A stretch of DNA of 64,000 nucleotides from positions 8,704,001-8,768,000 of the forward strand of contig CP068257.2 in NCBI GenBank assembly GCA_009914755.4, given 5' to 3'. How positions within the stretch are numbered: the first letter of the stretch is position 1; every line of letters starts with the position of its first letter. Both the position numbers and the translations under genes were made by a program. The notes beneath the pieces were generated by a model. The model was not told the DNA's origin. It did no database searches and saw only the letters and a list, made by a program, of their open reading frames with translations. Below are positions 33,965 through 46,959 of this stretch, piece by piece. The stretch is from the human T2T-CHM13v2.0 reference genome, Homo sapiens.

Positions 33965-34582
33965 GTCTCAGGCTATGACTGAACTAGGAGGGTAGAAAGG
34001 ATAGTCATTTTGGTTGCCACAAAACGTCAAAACAAAGATGCAGATCATTGATGTAAAATTACAGTTAGTTCCTTCCCACTCCTTTTCAGCTACTCGTCGT
34101 TACCATGAGCCAGCGTCTCCAGGGTCAGTTTTCAGTCTATTGCCTCCCAGCTCCTAGTGCACCTTTCAATATGTGCACTGTGATAATCTGGGAAACACTG
34201 TTCAATATACCTTCTGGAAGTGAACATTCTGCAGGCATCTAGGTAGAGAATGGAGAGACTGCGGAGGACAAGAGCTCTCTGGCTGGGCTTTGATCATGTT
34301 CAAGCCCCAACCGCAGACCTAGGCATGGTCCCTCAGCCACCTTGTAGCCTTGGCTTGCAACATCTCGACATGGAAACCAAAACGCTGCACGGCCCATGTG
34401 ATATGAAAATTCTTGAAAAGTTGCCCAGACCCCCTCTTGTACCCCTTTTGTAACCTGCACACAGTGACCTGTAGTCTAGAGGGTCCGCACAGAGCTGTCA
34501 TTCCTACTGCCAGACCCTGCAAGACTCACGCGTTCTGGAGGCTTCCTGCCCTACAAAGGCAGCCAGACTCCCTCCATGCATC

Positions 34583-34805
34583 CCTGCACCAGCGGCTCAT
34601 GGCCAGCTCCCTCAAATGCACTCCAGCGGCTCATGGCCAGCTCCCTCACCTGCCCCAACGGCTCACGGCCTGCTCCCTCACCTGCACCAGGTGCTCACGG
34701 CCGGATCCCTCCCCTGCACACCAGCGGCTCACAGCCGGCTCCATCCCCTGCACTCCAGCAGCTCATGGCTGGCTCCCTCACCTGCAATCCAGTGGGTGGC
34801 CTAGT
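34583..34805. repeat. GC-rich minisatellite, about 34-bp unit x about 6.5
   Basis: cctgcaccagcggctcatggccagctccctcaaatgca / ctccagcggctcatggccagctccctcacctgcc / ccaacggctcacggcctgctccctcacctgca / ccaggtgctcacggccggatccctcccctgca / caccagcggctcacagccggctccatcccctgca / ctccagcagctcatggctggctccctcacctgca / atccagtgggtgg. The overlapping ORFs 34413-34829, 34576-34941 and 34616-34804 on + are repeat artefacts (PAPSPA-type). Confidence 0.9.
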
Positions 34806-36533
34806 GCTGGTGCAAAAGCTGCTGACTAGCTCCAGCCTGCCCAAACCCACAAACGTCTCTTATGTGGTGGTTGAACCACATTTTATGACATCTGAACACC
34901 TTTCAAATCTGTGCTTCCTTGGGTACCTCCCTCTGCACTAGGGCACCAGGCAGAGTTGCTTTATGTCTTACAGTCACTCTTTTATCATAGTTGCAATCCT
35001 TTATCCTACACTTCCCTGTTAGACCCACTGTGTGGTTTCTATCTTTTGATGGGACCCAGGCTGCTACACACCCTAACCCATGCACATTGCACTTCATTAG
35101 TTCCTCACTATTGGCCAAAGATCATGCTCCACCACCCCTCTCTGCCCCCGACTTTCTTTCCTTAATTGAAACCCCTAAATGTCCTCTTTGCACCCAAAGC
35201 TTACCTGCTCTTCCTTCCCTATATTCTTGGCCACACACAAAAATCTGATGCTCTGGCAAATGCAAAAATGGGGAGAAGGCAGGGGAATCATTTCTCTTCC
35301 CTTACGTAAGCACTGAGGGTAATGTCATTCCATTGTGTGAGGAATAAAAAAATGAGGCATAGAGAGCTGCCATGATTTGCCTGGACCAATGAAGCTGTCA
35401 TGGCAGAAGTGGAACAAAGGTTTAGGTGTCCCGAATGTCAGTCCAGCTCCTATGCCTTCAGAACGTGCTGTGGAGGGAGACACTGGGGGACCCCACTCAT
35501 GCTGAGCACTCAGGGTTACCCAGGTTCTGACAGTGGGGATGTGACAGGCTGAGCTGACTCAGTCCAGTCCTCTTATACCAAATAAGGATGGAAACCCTCA
35601 CATAATAGAAGTGAAGACAGGGAACAAATCCAGGAACAATTAAGAGGCTGATGCCTGGAAGGCCTGGGCAGAATGACAGGGAGATTGGAGCAGAACAGAG
35701 GCCCTAGATGGGGACAAGGGGAAGGAAGTGGCCTCAGGGGCCAGATGACACCTGTCCACTGCACAGAGGCTGGAGCCTTGAGTTCCATCTAGTCCTTGTC
35801 AACTACAATCATTATGCCCTATGGCTCAACGAGTCCTGGAGAAAATGTGTTTTCTGCAGCCTGGGGAGGTGAGAGTAAAACAATTCAGCCTCAAGAAGTT
35901 GAAAGCCCAGGAAATCATAGCACGTGGAGATGGGATTCATATTTAAATTTCCTGCCCTTGACTTCTGGTTTGGCCACTTGACTCACATTGGCCAATGGAT
36001 GTGGTAAAGTGGTTGTCTGCCCATTCTGAGCCTGGGTGGTAAGAGAAGAGATCTTCACATTTCCCTTTGTTCTTTGCACTCCTGCCATTGCCATGAGAAG
36101 AAGGCACCCTGGCAGGCCCCGACCCCAGGAGGATCAGAGACACTTGGAGCAGATCCAGCTCAACCACCACATTTCGATCTGAAACCTCCCAAGCAACCCA
36201 TGCTCATGAGTGAGAAATGGTGGCCTATGGTCGTAGGCCTCTGAGGTGTGGGATTACTTGTTACAAAGCTAGAGTTAATTAATAGAGATTTCTACCTCAC
36301 ATCCCTACAAATCAAATAACAAAGGAAATAAAATATGAAAAGCAGATTTCCAATTTTTAGAAGAAAACAGAGGACATATTTTATGACACTAAGCAGAGAG
36401 AAAAATTTTATATGACACAAAACACAGACACCGTAAAATAAATTACTGATAAATTCATTCAGTTGTATTAAATGTAGAAGCTTTGATCTGACAAAAGAGG
36501 CGATGAATAAAGTTAAAAGACAAAGACAGTGCA

Positions 36534-36888
36534 TGATATGATTTGGCTGTGTGTCCCCACCTAAATCTCATCTTGAATTGTCTTCCCATAATTCTCCTGT
36601 GTCCTGGGAGGGACCTAGTGGGAGATAATTGGAATCATGGGGGCCGTTCCCCCATACTGTTCTCCTGGTAGTGAATAAGTCTCACGAGATCTGACGGTTT
36701 TATCAGGGGGTTCCACTTTTGCATCATCCTCATTTTTCTCTGGCCACTGCCATTTAAGAAGTGCCTTTCACCTCCCACCATGATTCTGAGGCCTCTTCCG
36801 TCATGTGGAACTGTAAGTCCAATTAAACCTCTTTTTCTTCCCAGTCTGGGTTACGCCTTTATCGGCAGTGTGAAAATGGACTAATACA
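36534..36888 (+). mobile_element. THE1-type (ERVL-MaLR) solo LTR
   Basis: tgatatgatttggctgtgtgtccccacctaaatctcatcttgaattgtcttcccataattctcctgtgtcctgggagggacctagtgggagataattggaatcatgggggccgttcccccatactgttctcctggtagtgaataagtctcacgagatctgacggttttatcagggggttcc...ccatgattctgaggcctcttccgtcatgtggaactgtaagtccaattaaacctctttttcttcccagtctgggttacgcctttatcggcagtgtgaaaatggactaataca. This is a near-consensus THE1. Confidence 0.92.
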
Positions 36889-36966
36889 GTGCACCAATAG
36901 GGAAAACATATTTGTAAGGTATTTGGCCAAAAAAGCATTGATATCCAGATCATTAAAATCAAAATT

Positions 36967-37257
36967 GGCCAGTCGTGTTGACTCATGCCTGTAATCCCAG
37001 CACTTTGGGAAGCTGAGGCAGGTGGATCACCTGAGGTCGGGAGTTCGAGACCAGTCTGACCTACATGGAGAAACCCCGTCTCTACTAAAAATACAAAATT
37101 ATCTGGGCTTGGTGGCACTTACCTGCAATCCCAGCTACTCAGAAGGCTGAGGCAGGAGAATCGCTTGAACCAGGGAGGCGGAAGTTGTGGTGAGCCGCGA
37201 TAGTGCCATTGCACTCCCACCTAGGCAACAAGTGCAAAACTCCGTCTAAAAAAAAAA
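36967..37257 (+). mobile_element. Alu SINE
   Basis: ggccagtcgtgttgactcatgcctgtaatcccagcactttgggaagctgaggcaggtggatcacctgaggtcgggagttcgagaccagtctgacctacatggagaaaccccgtctctactaaaaatacaaaattatctgggcttggtggcacttacctgcaatcccagctactcagaaggctgaggcaggagaatcgcttgaaccagggaggcggaagttgtggtgagccgcgatagtgccattgcactcccacctaggcaacaagtgcaaaactccgtctaaaaaaaaaa. Confidence 0.92.
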
Positions 37258-39099
37258 TAGTACTTACAAGTCAGCAAGGAGAAACCAAAGATCCAACAGA
37301 CTTATGGACCAGGAGCAATTCACAGAGAAGGAGACCCGAAGGGCTGGGAAACACAAGGCACACGTTCAGCTGCACTGCAAATTCCAGGAACAATATCAAA
37401 AAGTGCGATAACAAATATTGATGAAAATGAGTGAAGATGGATGTGAGCACTGCTGGCGAGGGGCATTGTGAGGACTCCAGCCCCAAGGTCATCTGGCTGT
37501 GCTTCCTAGGAAGGGCTGACAACAGACCTGTCCCAAGACCCCAAGTCTCACCAGGCTACGTGCAGGCTTTGGACCAGAACATCAGCATCATCTTGGGGTG
37601 GTGGTTGCAGGGGGAGGCACGCATCCTCTGCTCACCAGAAATGCAGAATTCTGGATTCATCTGGAAGATATTGTTGAAGGGAAAAGCAACTTTCAGGAGA
37701 GTATGTATGGACTGCTATTTGTATAAAATTGCAAAAACAGACCAAAAAAATACTATCCATTCTTCATGGACATGCACACTAGGTATTAAACATGGATGGG
37801 AAGACACACATTGACTTCAGAATAGTGGGAGGGTGGTGGTAACTGGACTGGAAAAGGGGCATATAACTTGAGCTTCAGCTTGAATATTATGGCTGAATCC
37901 GTAATGTTTTCTTCCCTTAAACTCTGGAGCAAATGCATCCAAATGTTACCACATTTGAATTTTAACTGGGAGGTACAAGAAAGTTTAATACCATTATCCT
38001 CTACGCAGTCCTGTGTGTTTGTAATATTGAGCCATATTTTTTAAACACTTGACTCAGCATGAAAGGAAGCTTGCCTACATGGTAACAATGGTTATCTTTA
38101 GGTAGCAGAATTCAAGACTGCTTCTTTTTTCTTTTCTTCCTACTTGTATGTTATCTCTATTTCCCTGTGTGAGGATTTATGACTGTTGTGATGAAAAGGC
38201 TAGTATTCTAACTCCCTGCATCATAAGCACACACCGTGCCCTGGCTGGCAGGATGGGGAGGAGGGAGCGTGTCTGTTCACCTGGCCAGCCCTAGGCAACT
38301 CTGCAGAGAAAGACACAGGCACTTCCCCTCTGCAGCCAAAGAGTTAAGAAGGCTCGATGTGAAATGAATCATTCCAGGGGAGCTAAATCCCGACCTTATC
38401 TAATTCTGTATCCTGAGGCTGATTAATTTAAACTCAAAAATAAAATAAACATCATCTTTAAATAGGGATTAAATACTCAGCGGGGTCCTTAGTTGAACAA
38501 ACTGACATACACTTTATGGTATGGATTCAAGGGGCCCAGGGTGGGGCGAGGGCTATCTGTGGGGATGCTAGCTGAGCTAATGAGAGAAAATCGCCAGTGC
38601 TCCTGGATTCCGGAGTGCATTCACCTTTAGCTTCTTCTCTGGATACCCGCAGAAAACCAAAGAGCCACCCTGTGGCAGGATCTTCACACAGGAAGTGGGC
38701 TTGTGCCCTGTGTCCCCGAGGGAGAAAGAATTATGGAGGGAGTGGGTGAAGAGTTTGGAGGAAACCCCTGATGTTCTTAGAAAACAGTAGGAAAGAGATT
38801 CCCTTGGCTGGGCATTGTTCACAAATAGGAGACAAATGCATGAACTAAAAACAGAGACTCCCAGCTCCCTCCATGGTCCCTGAGTTCAGAAGGGAACTCA
38901 GGGAGGTGGGGCAAGTAAAAAATTGAGTGGGTTATCTGACATGCACCTGGAGAGACCCACGAACCTGAGTCAGGCATGAGAGTGGGCAGCTGGTGGATTC
39001 TTCCAGACCTGCAGCATAAAGCCAGGCGGACGTCCCAAGAACAAGCCATGTCTGCAGAGGCCTCTACTGCATCCCTGCCTCATGGACACAATGTCACAG

Positions 39100-39555
39100 A
39101 ACAGAATTACATCATGTGGGAGGCCATGTGCAGTGTGAGTGTCATAATGGAGCTGGACCCAGAAGGTCCCAGACCCAGGTCCAGCTACGTCTCTGCTATA
39201 GTCAATGTTTGTGTGTCCCTAAAATCCGTGTGTTAAAACTAATCCCTGATAGGTTAGGTTTGAATTAGGAGGCAAAGACTTTAGGAAGTGATTTCACCAT
39301 GAAAGCAAAGAGCCCATGAATGGGATAAGAGGCCTTGTAAAAGGGAGAAAAGGGAGCTTGTTCTCTCCTTCCACCATGTGAGGACACAGCTAGGAGGTGC
39401 CCTCTGTAAGATACAGGTCCTCAACAGACACCTAATCTGCCACTACTTTGACCTTCCACTTGCCAGCATCCAGACCTATGAGACAAAATTTCTGCTGCTT
39501 ATAAGCCCCCTAGGCTAAGGTATTTTGTTACGGCAGCCCAAATGGAATAAGACAG
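39100..39555 (+). mobile_element. MLT1-type MaLR LTR (the 3' about 450 bp is recognisable)
   Basis: ..gtgtccctaaaatccgtgtgttaaaactaatccctgataggttaggtttgaattaggaggcaaagactttaggaagtgatttcaccatgaaagcaaagagcccatgaatgggataagaggccttgtaaaagggagaaaagggagcttgttctctccttccaccatgtgaggacacagctaggaggtgccctctgtaagatacaggtcctcaacagacacctaatctgccactactttgaccttccacttgccagcatccagacctatgagacaaaatttctgctgcttataagccccctaggctaaggtattttgttacggcagcccaaatggaataagacag. This is colinear with the MLT1 consensus tail (..CCACCATGTGAGGACACAGC...CAGCCTCCAGAACTGTGAGAAATAAATTTCTGTTGTTTATAAGCCACCCAGTCTATGGTATTTTGTTATAGCAGCCCGAACGGACTAAGACA). Confidence 0.75.
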
Positions 39556-40973
39556 CCTCTGACCATCTTGAGCAACTCACTTATCTGTTGAACTCTCCAC
39601 AGATTTAACTGTGATGAAATCCCTTCAACAGATGTATATTGAACACCTACTATGTATAAGGACACACTGTGTTATTAGATAGGGTATAAAGAAAGTCACA
39701 GTTCCCCAGAGGTAGGCACTGCCATAGCTGAAGAGCCAACCCAAGTTGCTGTTGCCAGTGGGGGAAGGGCTGGGTGTCAGAGAAGAAGAGAACTTGCCAA
39801 AGTCCATGTCTGCAGCAATATTGGAACGTCTAATGGATGGTTCCCAAAGTGGTGACTCCTCATCTTCTTACAAAAACTCGTAGTTGTCTCTGTGTAAAGT
39901 CTTCCCAGAAATGCAGGGCAGTTGAGAATATGCAGATCAGAAAAGACAAGAGGATAGAGAGAGCAGATTCTTGGCATCAGCAGCCACGGACTTCTTGCAG
40001 GAAGGAAAGCATTTCTCCTGGATCCCTGGGTAGTAGATAAACGTACAGAAATATATTTGTTGGCTATTTGATTCATGGACTTTGAACATTTTCAGACCGA
40101 GAGGCTGAGAATCTTCTCCAACCAGATGGTGTGGGGCGTGGAAGTACAGAAAGGGATCAAAGGAGGAGGAAAGCAGAGCAATGAGAAGGGAGCTGTCAGC
40201 ATGACCAACACAGACACCTGGGTCTCTGCTACCAACAATACGAGCTAATGTATAATGATTGCAGGTCTGTAAACAGCAGGCTTTCCATATCACATGTGGC
40301 AAGCTCTGATGACAACCCTGTGTGACATGTATGGTTGTCAGAGGCAGAATGTTGCTAAATAATCACACACAACTGGTGGAATGCCAGAGAGTTTGGTTTT
40401 ACTTGGTCATCTTCCTGTTTGCTTACTATTTGTCCCATCTGTAGTTTGTTCTCCTGTTCCTCTTTGACTTCTTTTGAATTTGTTGAGTATTTTTATTTCA
40501 TTTAATCTTCTTTGTTGGCCTTTTTCCTATAACTATTTTTGCTTCATTTGGTTTTGAGTTTTAACCATTGCTCTATGGTTTATGGTATATCATATGGTTT
40601 GGATCTGTGTCCCTACCCAAATCTCATGTGGAAATATAATCCCCAATGCCACAAGTGGGGCCTGGAGGGAGGTGATTGGACCATGGAGCCGGTTTCTCAT
40701 GTTTTAACACCATCCCCACTTGGTACTATATAGCGAGTGAGTTCTCACAAGATCTGGTTATTTAATAGTGTGTGGCACCTCCCCCTCTCTCTTCCTCCTG
40801 CTCCAGTCACATAAGAAGTGCCTGCTTCCCTTTTGCCTTCCGTCATGATTGTAAGCTCCCTGAGGCCTCCCCAGAAGCCGAGCAGATGACAGAATCACGC
40901 TTCCTGTACAGCCTGCAGAACTGTGAGCCAATTAAACCTCTTTTCTTCATAAATTACCCAGTCTCAGACATTT

Positions 40974-41268
40974 ATTTTTTGAGACGTAGTCTCGCTCTGT
41001 CACCCAGGCTGCAGTGAAGTGGTGCAATCTCAGCTCACTGCAATGTCTGCCTCCCTGGTTCAAGTGATTCTGCTGCCTCAGCCTCCCGAGTAGCTCAGCT
41101 GGGACTACAGGCATATGCCACCAAGCCCACCTATTTTTCTGTGTATTTTTAGTAGACACAGGGTTTCACCATGTTGGCCAGGTTGGTCTCAATCTCCTGA
41201 ACTCGTAATCCATGCGCCTCAGCCTCCCAAAGTGCTGGGATTACAGGAGTGAGCCAGCATGCCCAGCC
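40974..41268 (-). mobile_element. Alu SINE, antisense, inserted at the junction of the MST LTR and the nested L1 poly-A; TSD about CAGTCTCAGA(C/T)ATTT
   Basis: A poly-T tract is followed by gagacgtagtctcgctctgtcacccaggctgcagtgaagtggtgcaatctcagctcactgcaatgtctgcctccctggttcaagtgattctgctgcctcagcctcccgagtagc...ggagtgagccagcatgcccagcc. The direct repeats are cagtctcagacattt (40958-40972) and cagtctcagatattt (41270-41284). Confidence 0.88.
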
Positions 41269-41285
41269 CCAGTCTCAGATATTTC

Positions 41286-42172
41286 TTTTTTTTAAAAAAT
41301 TCATTTATTATTATTTTTTTAAGTATTATAATTATACTTTAAGTTTTAGGGTACATGTGCACAACGTTCAGGTTTGTTACATATGTATACATGTGTCATG
41401 TTGGTGTGCTGCACCCATTAACTCGTCATTTAGCATTAGGTATATCTCCTAATGCTATCCCTTCCCCCTCCCCCCACCCCACAACAGTCCCCAGTGTGTG
41501 ATATCTCCCTTCCTGTGTCCATGTGTTCTCATTGTTCAATTCCCACCTATGAGTGAGAACAGGTGGTGTTTGGTTTTTTGTCCTTGTGGTAGTTTGCTGA
41601 GAATGATGGTTTCCAGTTTCATCCATGTCCCTACAAAGGCCATGAACTCATCCTTTTTATGGCCGCATAGTATTCCATGGTGTATATGTGCCACATTTTC
41701 TTAATCCAGTCTATCATTGTTGGACATTTGGGTTGGTTCCAAGTCTTTGCTATTGTGAATAGTGCCACAATAAACATATGTGTGCATGTGTCTTTATAGC
41801 AACATGATTTATAATCCTTTGGTTATATACCCAGCAATGAGATGACTGGGTCAAATGGTATTTCTAGTTCTAGATCCCTGAGGAATCACCACACTGACTT
41901 CCACAATGGTTGAACTAGTTTACAGTCCCACCAACAGTGTAAAAGTGTTCCTATTTCTCCACATCCTCTCCAGCAACTGTAGTTTCCTGACTTTTCAACG
42001 ATCACCATTCTAACTGGTGTGAGATGGTATATCATTGTGGTTTTGATTTGCATTTCTCTGATGGCCAGTGATGATATTGTGGTTTTGATTTGCATTTCTC
42101 TGATGGCCAGTGATGATGAGCATTTTTTCATGTGTTTTTTTGGCTGCATAATGTCTTCTTTTGAGAAGCGTC
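41286..42172 (-). mobile_element. 5'-truncated L1PA 3' fragment (about 890 bp: ORF2 C-terminus and 3'UTR), antisense, nested in the MST LTR; TSD about CAGA(C/T)ATTTC
   Basis: A poly-T/A-rich tail at 41286-41320 is followed by tattataattatactttaagttttagggtacatgtgcacaacgttcaggtttgttacatatgtatacatgtgtcatgttggtgtgctgcacccattaactcgtcatttagcattaggtatatctcctaatgc.... It ends ..catgtgtttttttggctgcataatgtcttcttttgagaagcgtc. It contains an internal 38-bp tandem duplication (ggttttgatttgcatttctctgatggccagtgatgat x2, 42040-42115). Confidence 0.88.
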
Positions 42173-42682
42173 AGACATTTCTTTATAGCAGTTCAAGAAC
42201 AGACTAATACAGTATATGTATTTAACTTAGCATTGGCTGCCATCAACATTATACCACTTCACATAGAGGATAAGAACCTTAAAATAGTGCCCATTCATTT
42301 CCCTCCTTTTGGGTTTTGTGTTATTGTTTTCATGCATTTTACGTCTGTATGTGCTGTAAACTCACATTAATTTGTCATCATTTTTGCCTTAAACAGTCAA
42401 TTATCTTTTAAAAATGCTTTTTAATGTCGTATTTTTGCTCACACATTTGCCATCTCTGGTGCTCTACATTCTTTTGTGTAGATCTGGACTTCCATCTGGT
42501 TTCACTTTCCCTCTGCCTGAAGGATTTCCTTTAATATTCCTTGTAGTGAGGACTTGCAGTTAATGCATTCTTCAAGCTTTTTAATGTCTGAAAGTCTTTA
42601 TTTCACTATCATTTTTGAAAGATATTTTTGCTGGGTGTAGAATTCTAGACTGGCAATCGTTTTATCCTTAAGTATTTTATAG

Positions 42683-43410
<728 letters not shown>

Positions 43411-46400
43411 TAACCTTTCAGATTTTATCTTTGTCACTGGTTTGGGGCAATTTGATTATGATATGCTTCAGTGTGTCATCCTCATGTCTCTTGTGCTAGG
43501 GGTTCGTTGGTTCTTAGATCTCTGGGTTTACAGTTTTTCTCAAATTTAAATTTTTTCAGCCACAGTTTTTTCAAATATTTTTTCTTCTACTCCTCCCCAC
43601 CTTCTTCAGGAACTCCAATTCCACATATATTAGTCCTGTTGGTGCTGATTTTCTGTTCAGTTTTTTCCATTATTTTCTCCATGTTCCATTTTTGATAGTT
43701 TCTACTGCTACATCTTCCAGTTGACCAATCCTTTTTTATATAATATCTATTCTATTTTAAATGCCATTTAGTATATTTTTCATCTCAGACATTGTATTTT
43801 TCACCTCTAGAAATTCAAGCTGGGTCTTCCATGTCTCTACTTCCATGTTCTAGCTTCCCTTTACCTTCTTCTTGTGGAATGTTATCATTACAATAACTGT
43901 TTTAATATTGTTGCCTACTAATTCCATCTTATTTGCCATTTCTGTATCTATTGATCAAGTTTTCTTCTCATTATTGAGACATTTCCTTTTTCTATATATG
44001 ACTGGTAATTTTCAGCTGAATGGCAGACAAAGTGAAATTTATCTTATTGTGCATTGGATATTGTTGGGTTCCTACAAATATTATTGAGCTATGTTCTAGG
44101 ATGCAGTTAAATTATCTGGAAAGATTTTGGTTCTTTGATGGTTTTCTTTGAGGTCTTGTTAAGTAGGACCTTAGCAGCCTCAGCCTAGATCTAATCTTCC
44201 ACATTACTGAGGCAACTCTTTTCTGAGTGTTCCATCAAATGGTCCGGGAAGTATAAGATTTGTCCACTGTTGCTGGTGGGAACAACAAATATGCTGGTTC
44301 TGTGGGAGGTTCAAGCATTGTTCTTTCTGTTACCTTCAGGTATTTTTTCCCCCAGACTTGTAGTTTACACACATACACGTGCTGATCAGTATTTAGCTGA
44401 AGACTCTGGAGGTTTTTTGTTTTGTGTCTTTGTCCTTTTCATTCCCGAAATACTCTGCCCTGCAGAGTTTACCTGAGCTTCTTTAGTCTCCCTGGACTCC
44501 CAGCTTCATCTCCTCAACTCAGAACCAACACCAGGCTCAGCCTGGGTTCTCCCTCCTTGAGCTGTGGCCTAGAAATGGTTTGCCTTCTGGTCACCACACC
44601 TGGGCAGTCCAGAGTCACAAGAAACTCTAGGCCATGTGGCAGAATGCCCACTGTCCCCACTTCACCACACTGTACTCTCTCCATCCAGTGCTAGCTGCAG
44701 CCACGCTGCCTCACAGTCCAGAATGCTAGCCAGAGACCAAGCTTTCTGCAGCACCTTGGCTGGGGCTCACAGATAAGAATGGCCAAGCAGTGCTCCCAGA
44801 AGACAGCAGATGCCATCAATCAGTTTTACATCAGCGAGGCACTGAGAATCTCTGGACACCAGAAGTGTCCTCTGTTGCCAGAGCTGAACTCTCAAATGAA
44901 GACTCCAGAAGGCCCTAAAATGTGGGCAAGCTCCCATCATTGCCTGTCTGTGGCCACAAGGACACAGATTCTTTCCATGGCTGGTGAGATATCCAGCACA
45001 CTGGGGACTCTGTAAAGCCCCTTTTCAACTTTAGGCCTTAGCTGAGCTCTCCATTTACCTCAGACCAGGCAGTGCACATTATGGGGGACACCACTGGGTG
45101 CTGGGATGAGAATGGCACTTGGCATGTGAGCTAGGATTGAGAGCCCATCGCTCTCTTCCCCAGGGAGGTGGTGGCCAGTTACCATCTCTGGCTTCTGTCC
45201 CCTTACCAGCCTCCTCTGCTACAATTGCATTTCTGGCAGGCAGTGGATCAGGGAAGCACTGGCAGTTGAGGACCATGTGGAGAACCACTACTGGCCAAGC
45301 ATTACCAACCTGACAGCAGAACAGGAGTGCAGCAGTGCTGAGGTGAACTTGACATAGAACTTTGAGACCATGAAGGCAGCCAACACTTCCAACTTATCAC
45401 AACCTGTCTCTCACATAGATTTATTGTAGAAGAACTCAACCATCTCCATGTCAACAAGAAATGGTCCTCTAAACCGTCACCCTTGGATTTAGATCATGAG
45501 GCTGTCCTGTCTTTAGTATGGAACTGAAAAGCTTTAATTTCCACAAAAATGTAAGGTTTTGGGCTACAGCCTTATTAAAACAAACAAATATGAGCATAGT
45601 GGTCTACAGATGGAATATCTGGGGCTCTAAACAAACTGCTCCTTGAAAGTGTAATCACTGTCTTTTTGTTTGTTTATTTAGCCTGGTAGGACAATGTCAG
45701 AAATTTCCTTGGTCATAGGGAATATAAAACATAGTGTGAACAAAAGCAGCAATAAAGCTACAAACTATTTTTTGGTGTATTTGCTTAAGTATAAGATAGC
45801 TGATTGGGGCTTTATCATGTAACGTTAGTTTGCTTAGTTTTCATTATGTTTGTTAAACTTGAATTGTGAATAAATATATGGCTGATTCACATTGTAATTA
45901 AACTGCACATTGACATAAACTGTACATTAAAAGTTGCTGCACACAGTCATCCAAAATAATACTTAGGTAAAACCAAAAATACTATAAACCAATCTCAAGG
46001 AACCTACCCTAAAATAAAAATACAGTTAAAATGGAATTGCAAAACTAGAATGGGAGAAATATTTACCCATAAAATCTTGTTTGGAACATTGATATAACAC
46101 TAGAAAAGAATTTTTCTAAATAACCACAATGTTCAACAGTGACTGTGCATCTGTGAAGACCAGGCATTTTGAATCATTGCCCTGTGGTGTGTGGCAGTAC
46201 AATTTTACAGAAATGAACTACAATAATTAATAAAATTCTCTAATGGGAAGATTTTAATGAGTAAGTATTTACACAATAAATATTTATAATGTTGGTGCTA
46301 TTATTTCACAAAATAAAAAAAGCTGTATCACAGCCTTTAAAAGCAAATAATAGCCTTACATTTCTAAATAAAGAAAAAAATATAAATTTTATGAAATATG

Positions 46401-46780
46401 GTTAAGAGTAATTGATAAAATAACAGTTGCGGCATAAATTATATTATAGTTTGGATAGAAGTTGAAAAAGTGGATGAAAATTTTAATGAGCCCTTTTTGC
46501 CTGCACTAAACTTAATCTTATACGTGAAAATTATAATATATATAGGGTACCTACTAGCTATCTAATTTACTTTTTACACAATGTATAAATCCTAGCCTAT
46601 TGGTCTTAATATTTGAACCTAAAATAACACACAAACATACAAGAGAACAAACTAAGGAAGAAATGTATGGAGACAGTGACATTATCAAAGTGGTGGAATA
46701 GGGGTTCCCTACTTTTGTATTCTCCTGCAGCAATAAAAACTAGTCAGCCATCCATCAACCAAAGTAACTTTATGAGAGAT

Positions 46781-46885
46781 CCAGGCACAGTGGCTCATGA
46801 CAGTAATCTCCTCCATTCAGGAGCCTGAGGTGGGAGGACTGCTTCAGGCCAGGCGTTCAAGAACAGCCTGGGCAATATGGTGAGC
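46781..46885 (+). mobile_element. Free Alu monomer (FLAM/FRAM-like) fragment
   Basis: ccaggcacagtggctcatgacagtaatctcctccattcaggagcctgaggtgggaggactgcttcaggccaggcgttcaagaacagcctgggcaatatggtga. This is a diverged left-monomer-like unit without a right monomer. Confidence 0.6.
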
Positions 46886-46959
46886 TTTGGGATACAGGGC
46901 ATTATGAAACCTTGCTAAAACCCAAGATCGAAAAGAGTCATTTTGAGAAGGCAGGCCCT

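Larger units (their letters stand above)
40596..42211 (+). mobile_element. MST/THE1-type MaLR solo LTR, split near its 3' end by a nested L1 3' fragment and an Alu
   Basis: atcatatggtttggatctgtgtccctacccaaatctcatgtggaaatataatccccaatgccacaagtggggcctggagggaggtgattggaccatggagccggtttctcatgttttaacaccatccccacttggtactatatagcgagtgagttctcacaagatctggttatttaatagtgtgtggcacctccccctctctcttcctcctgctccagtcacataagaagtgcctgcttcccttttgccttccgtcatgattgtaagctccctgaggcctccccagaagccgagcagatgacagaatcacgcttcctgtacagcctgcagaactgtgagccaattaaacctcttttcttcataaattacccagtctcagacattt.... It resumes at 42173 with agacatttctttatagcagttcaagaacagactaataca. Confidence 0.85.

Noticed and set aside
34583-34805. Regularly spaced direct repeats that might superficially suggest a CRISPR-like array
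   Set aside because: The sequence is unmistakably primate genomic DNA with Alu, L1 and HERV content. The repeats are contiguous with no unique spacers, there are no cas genes, and this is a eukaryotic minisatellite.
34413-34941. Proline- and alanine-rich ORFs (138 and 121 aa) that might suggest a proline-rich protein gene
   Set aside because: They are generated by the 34-bp minisatellite. The periodicity is in the DNA, there are no splice signals, and frames are open on multiple phases.
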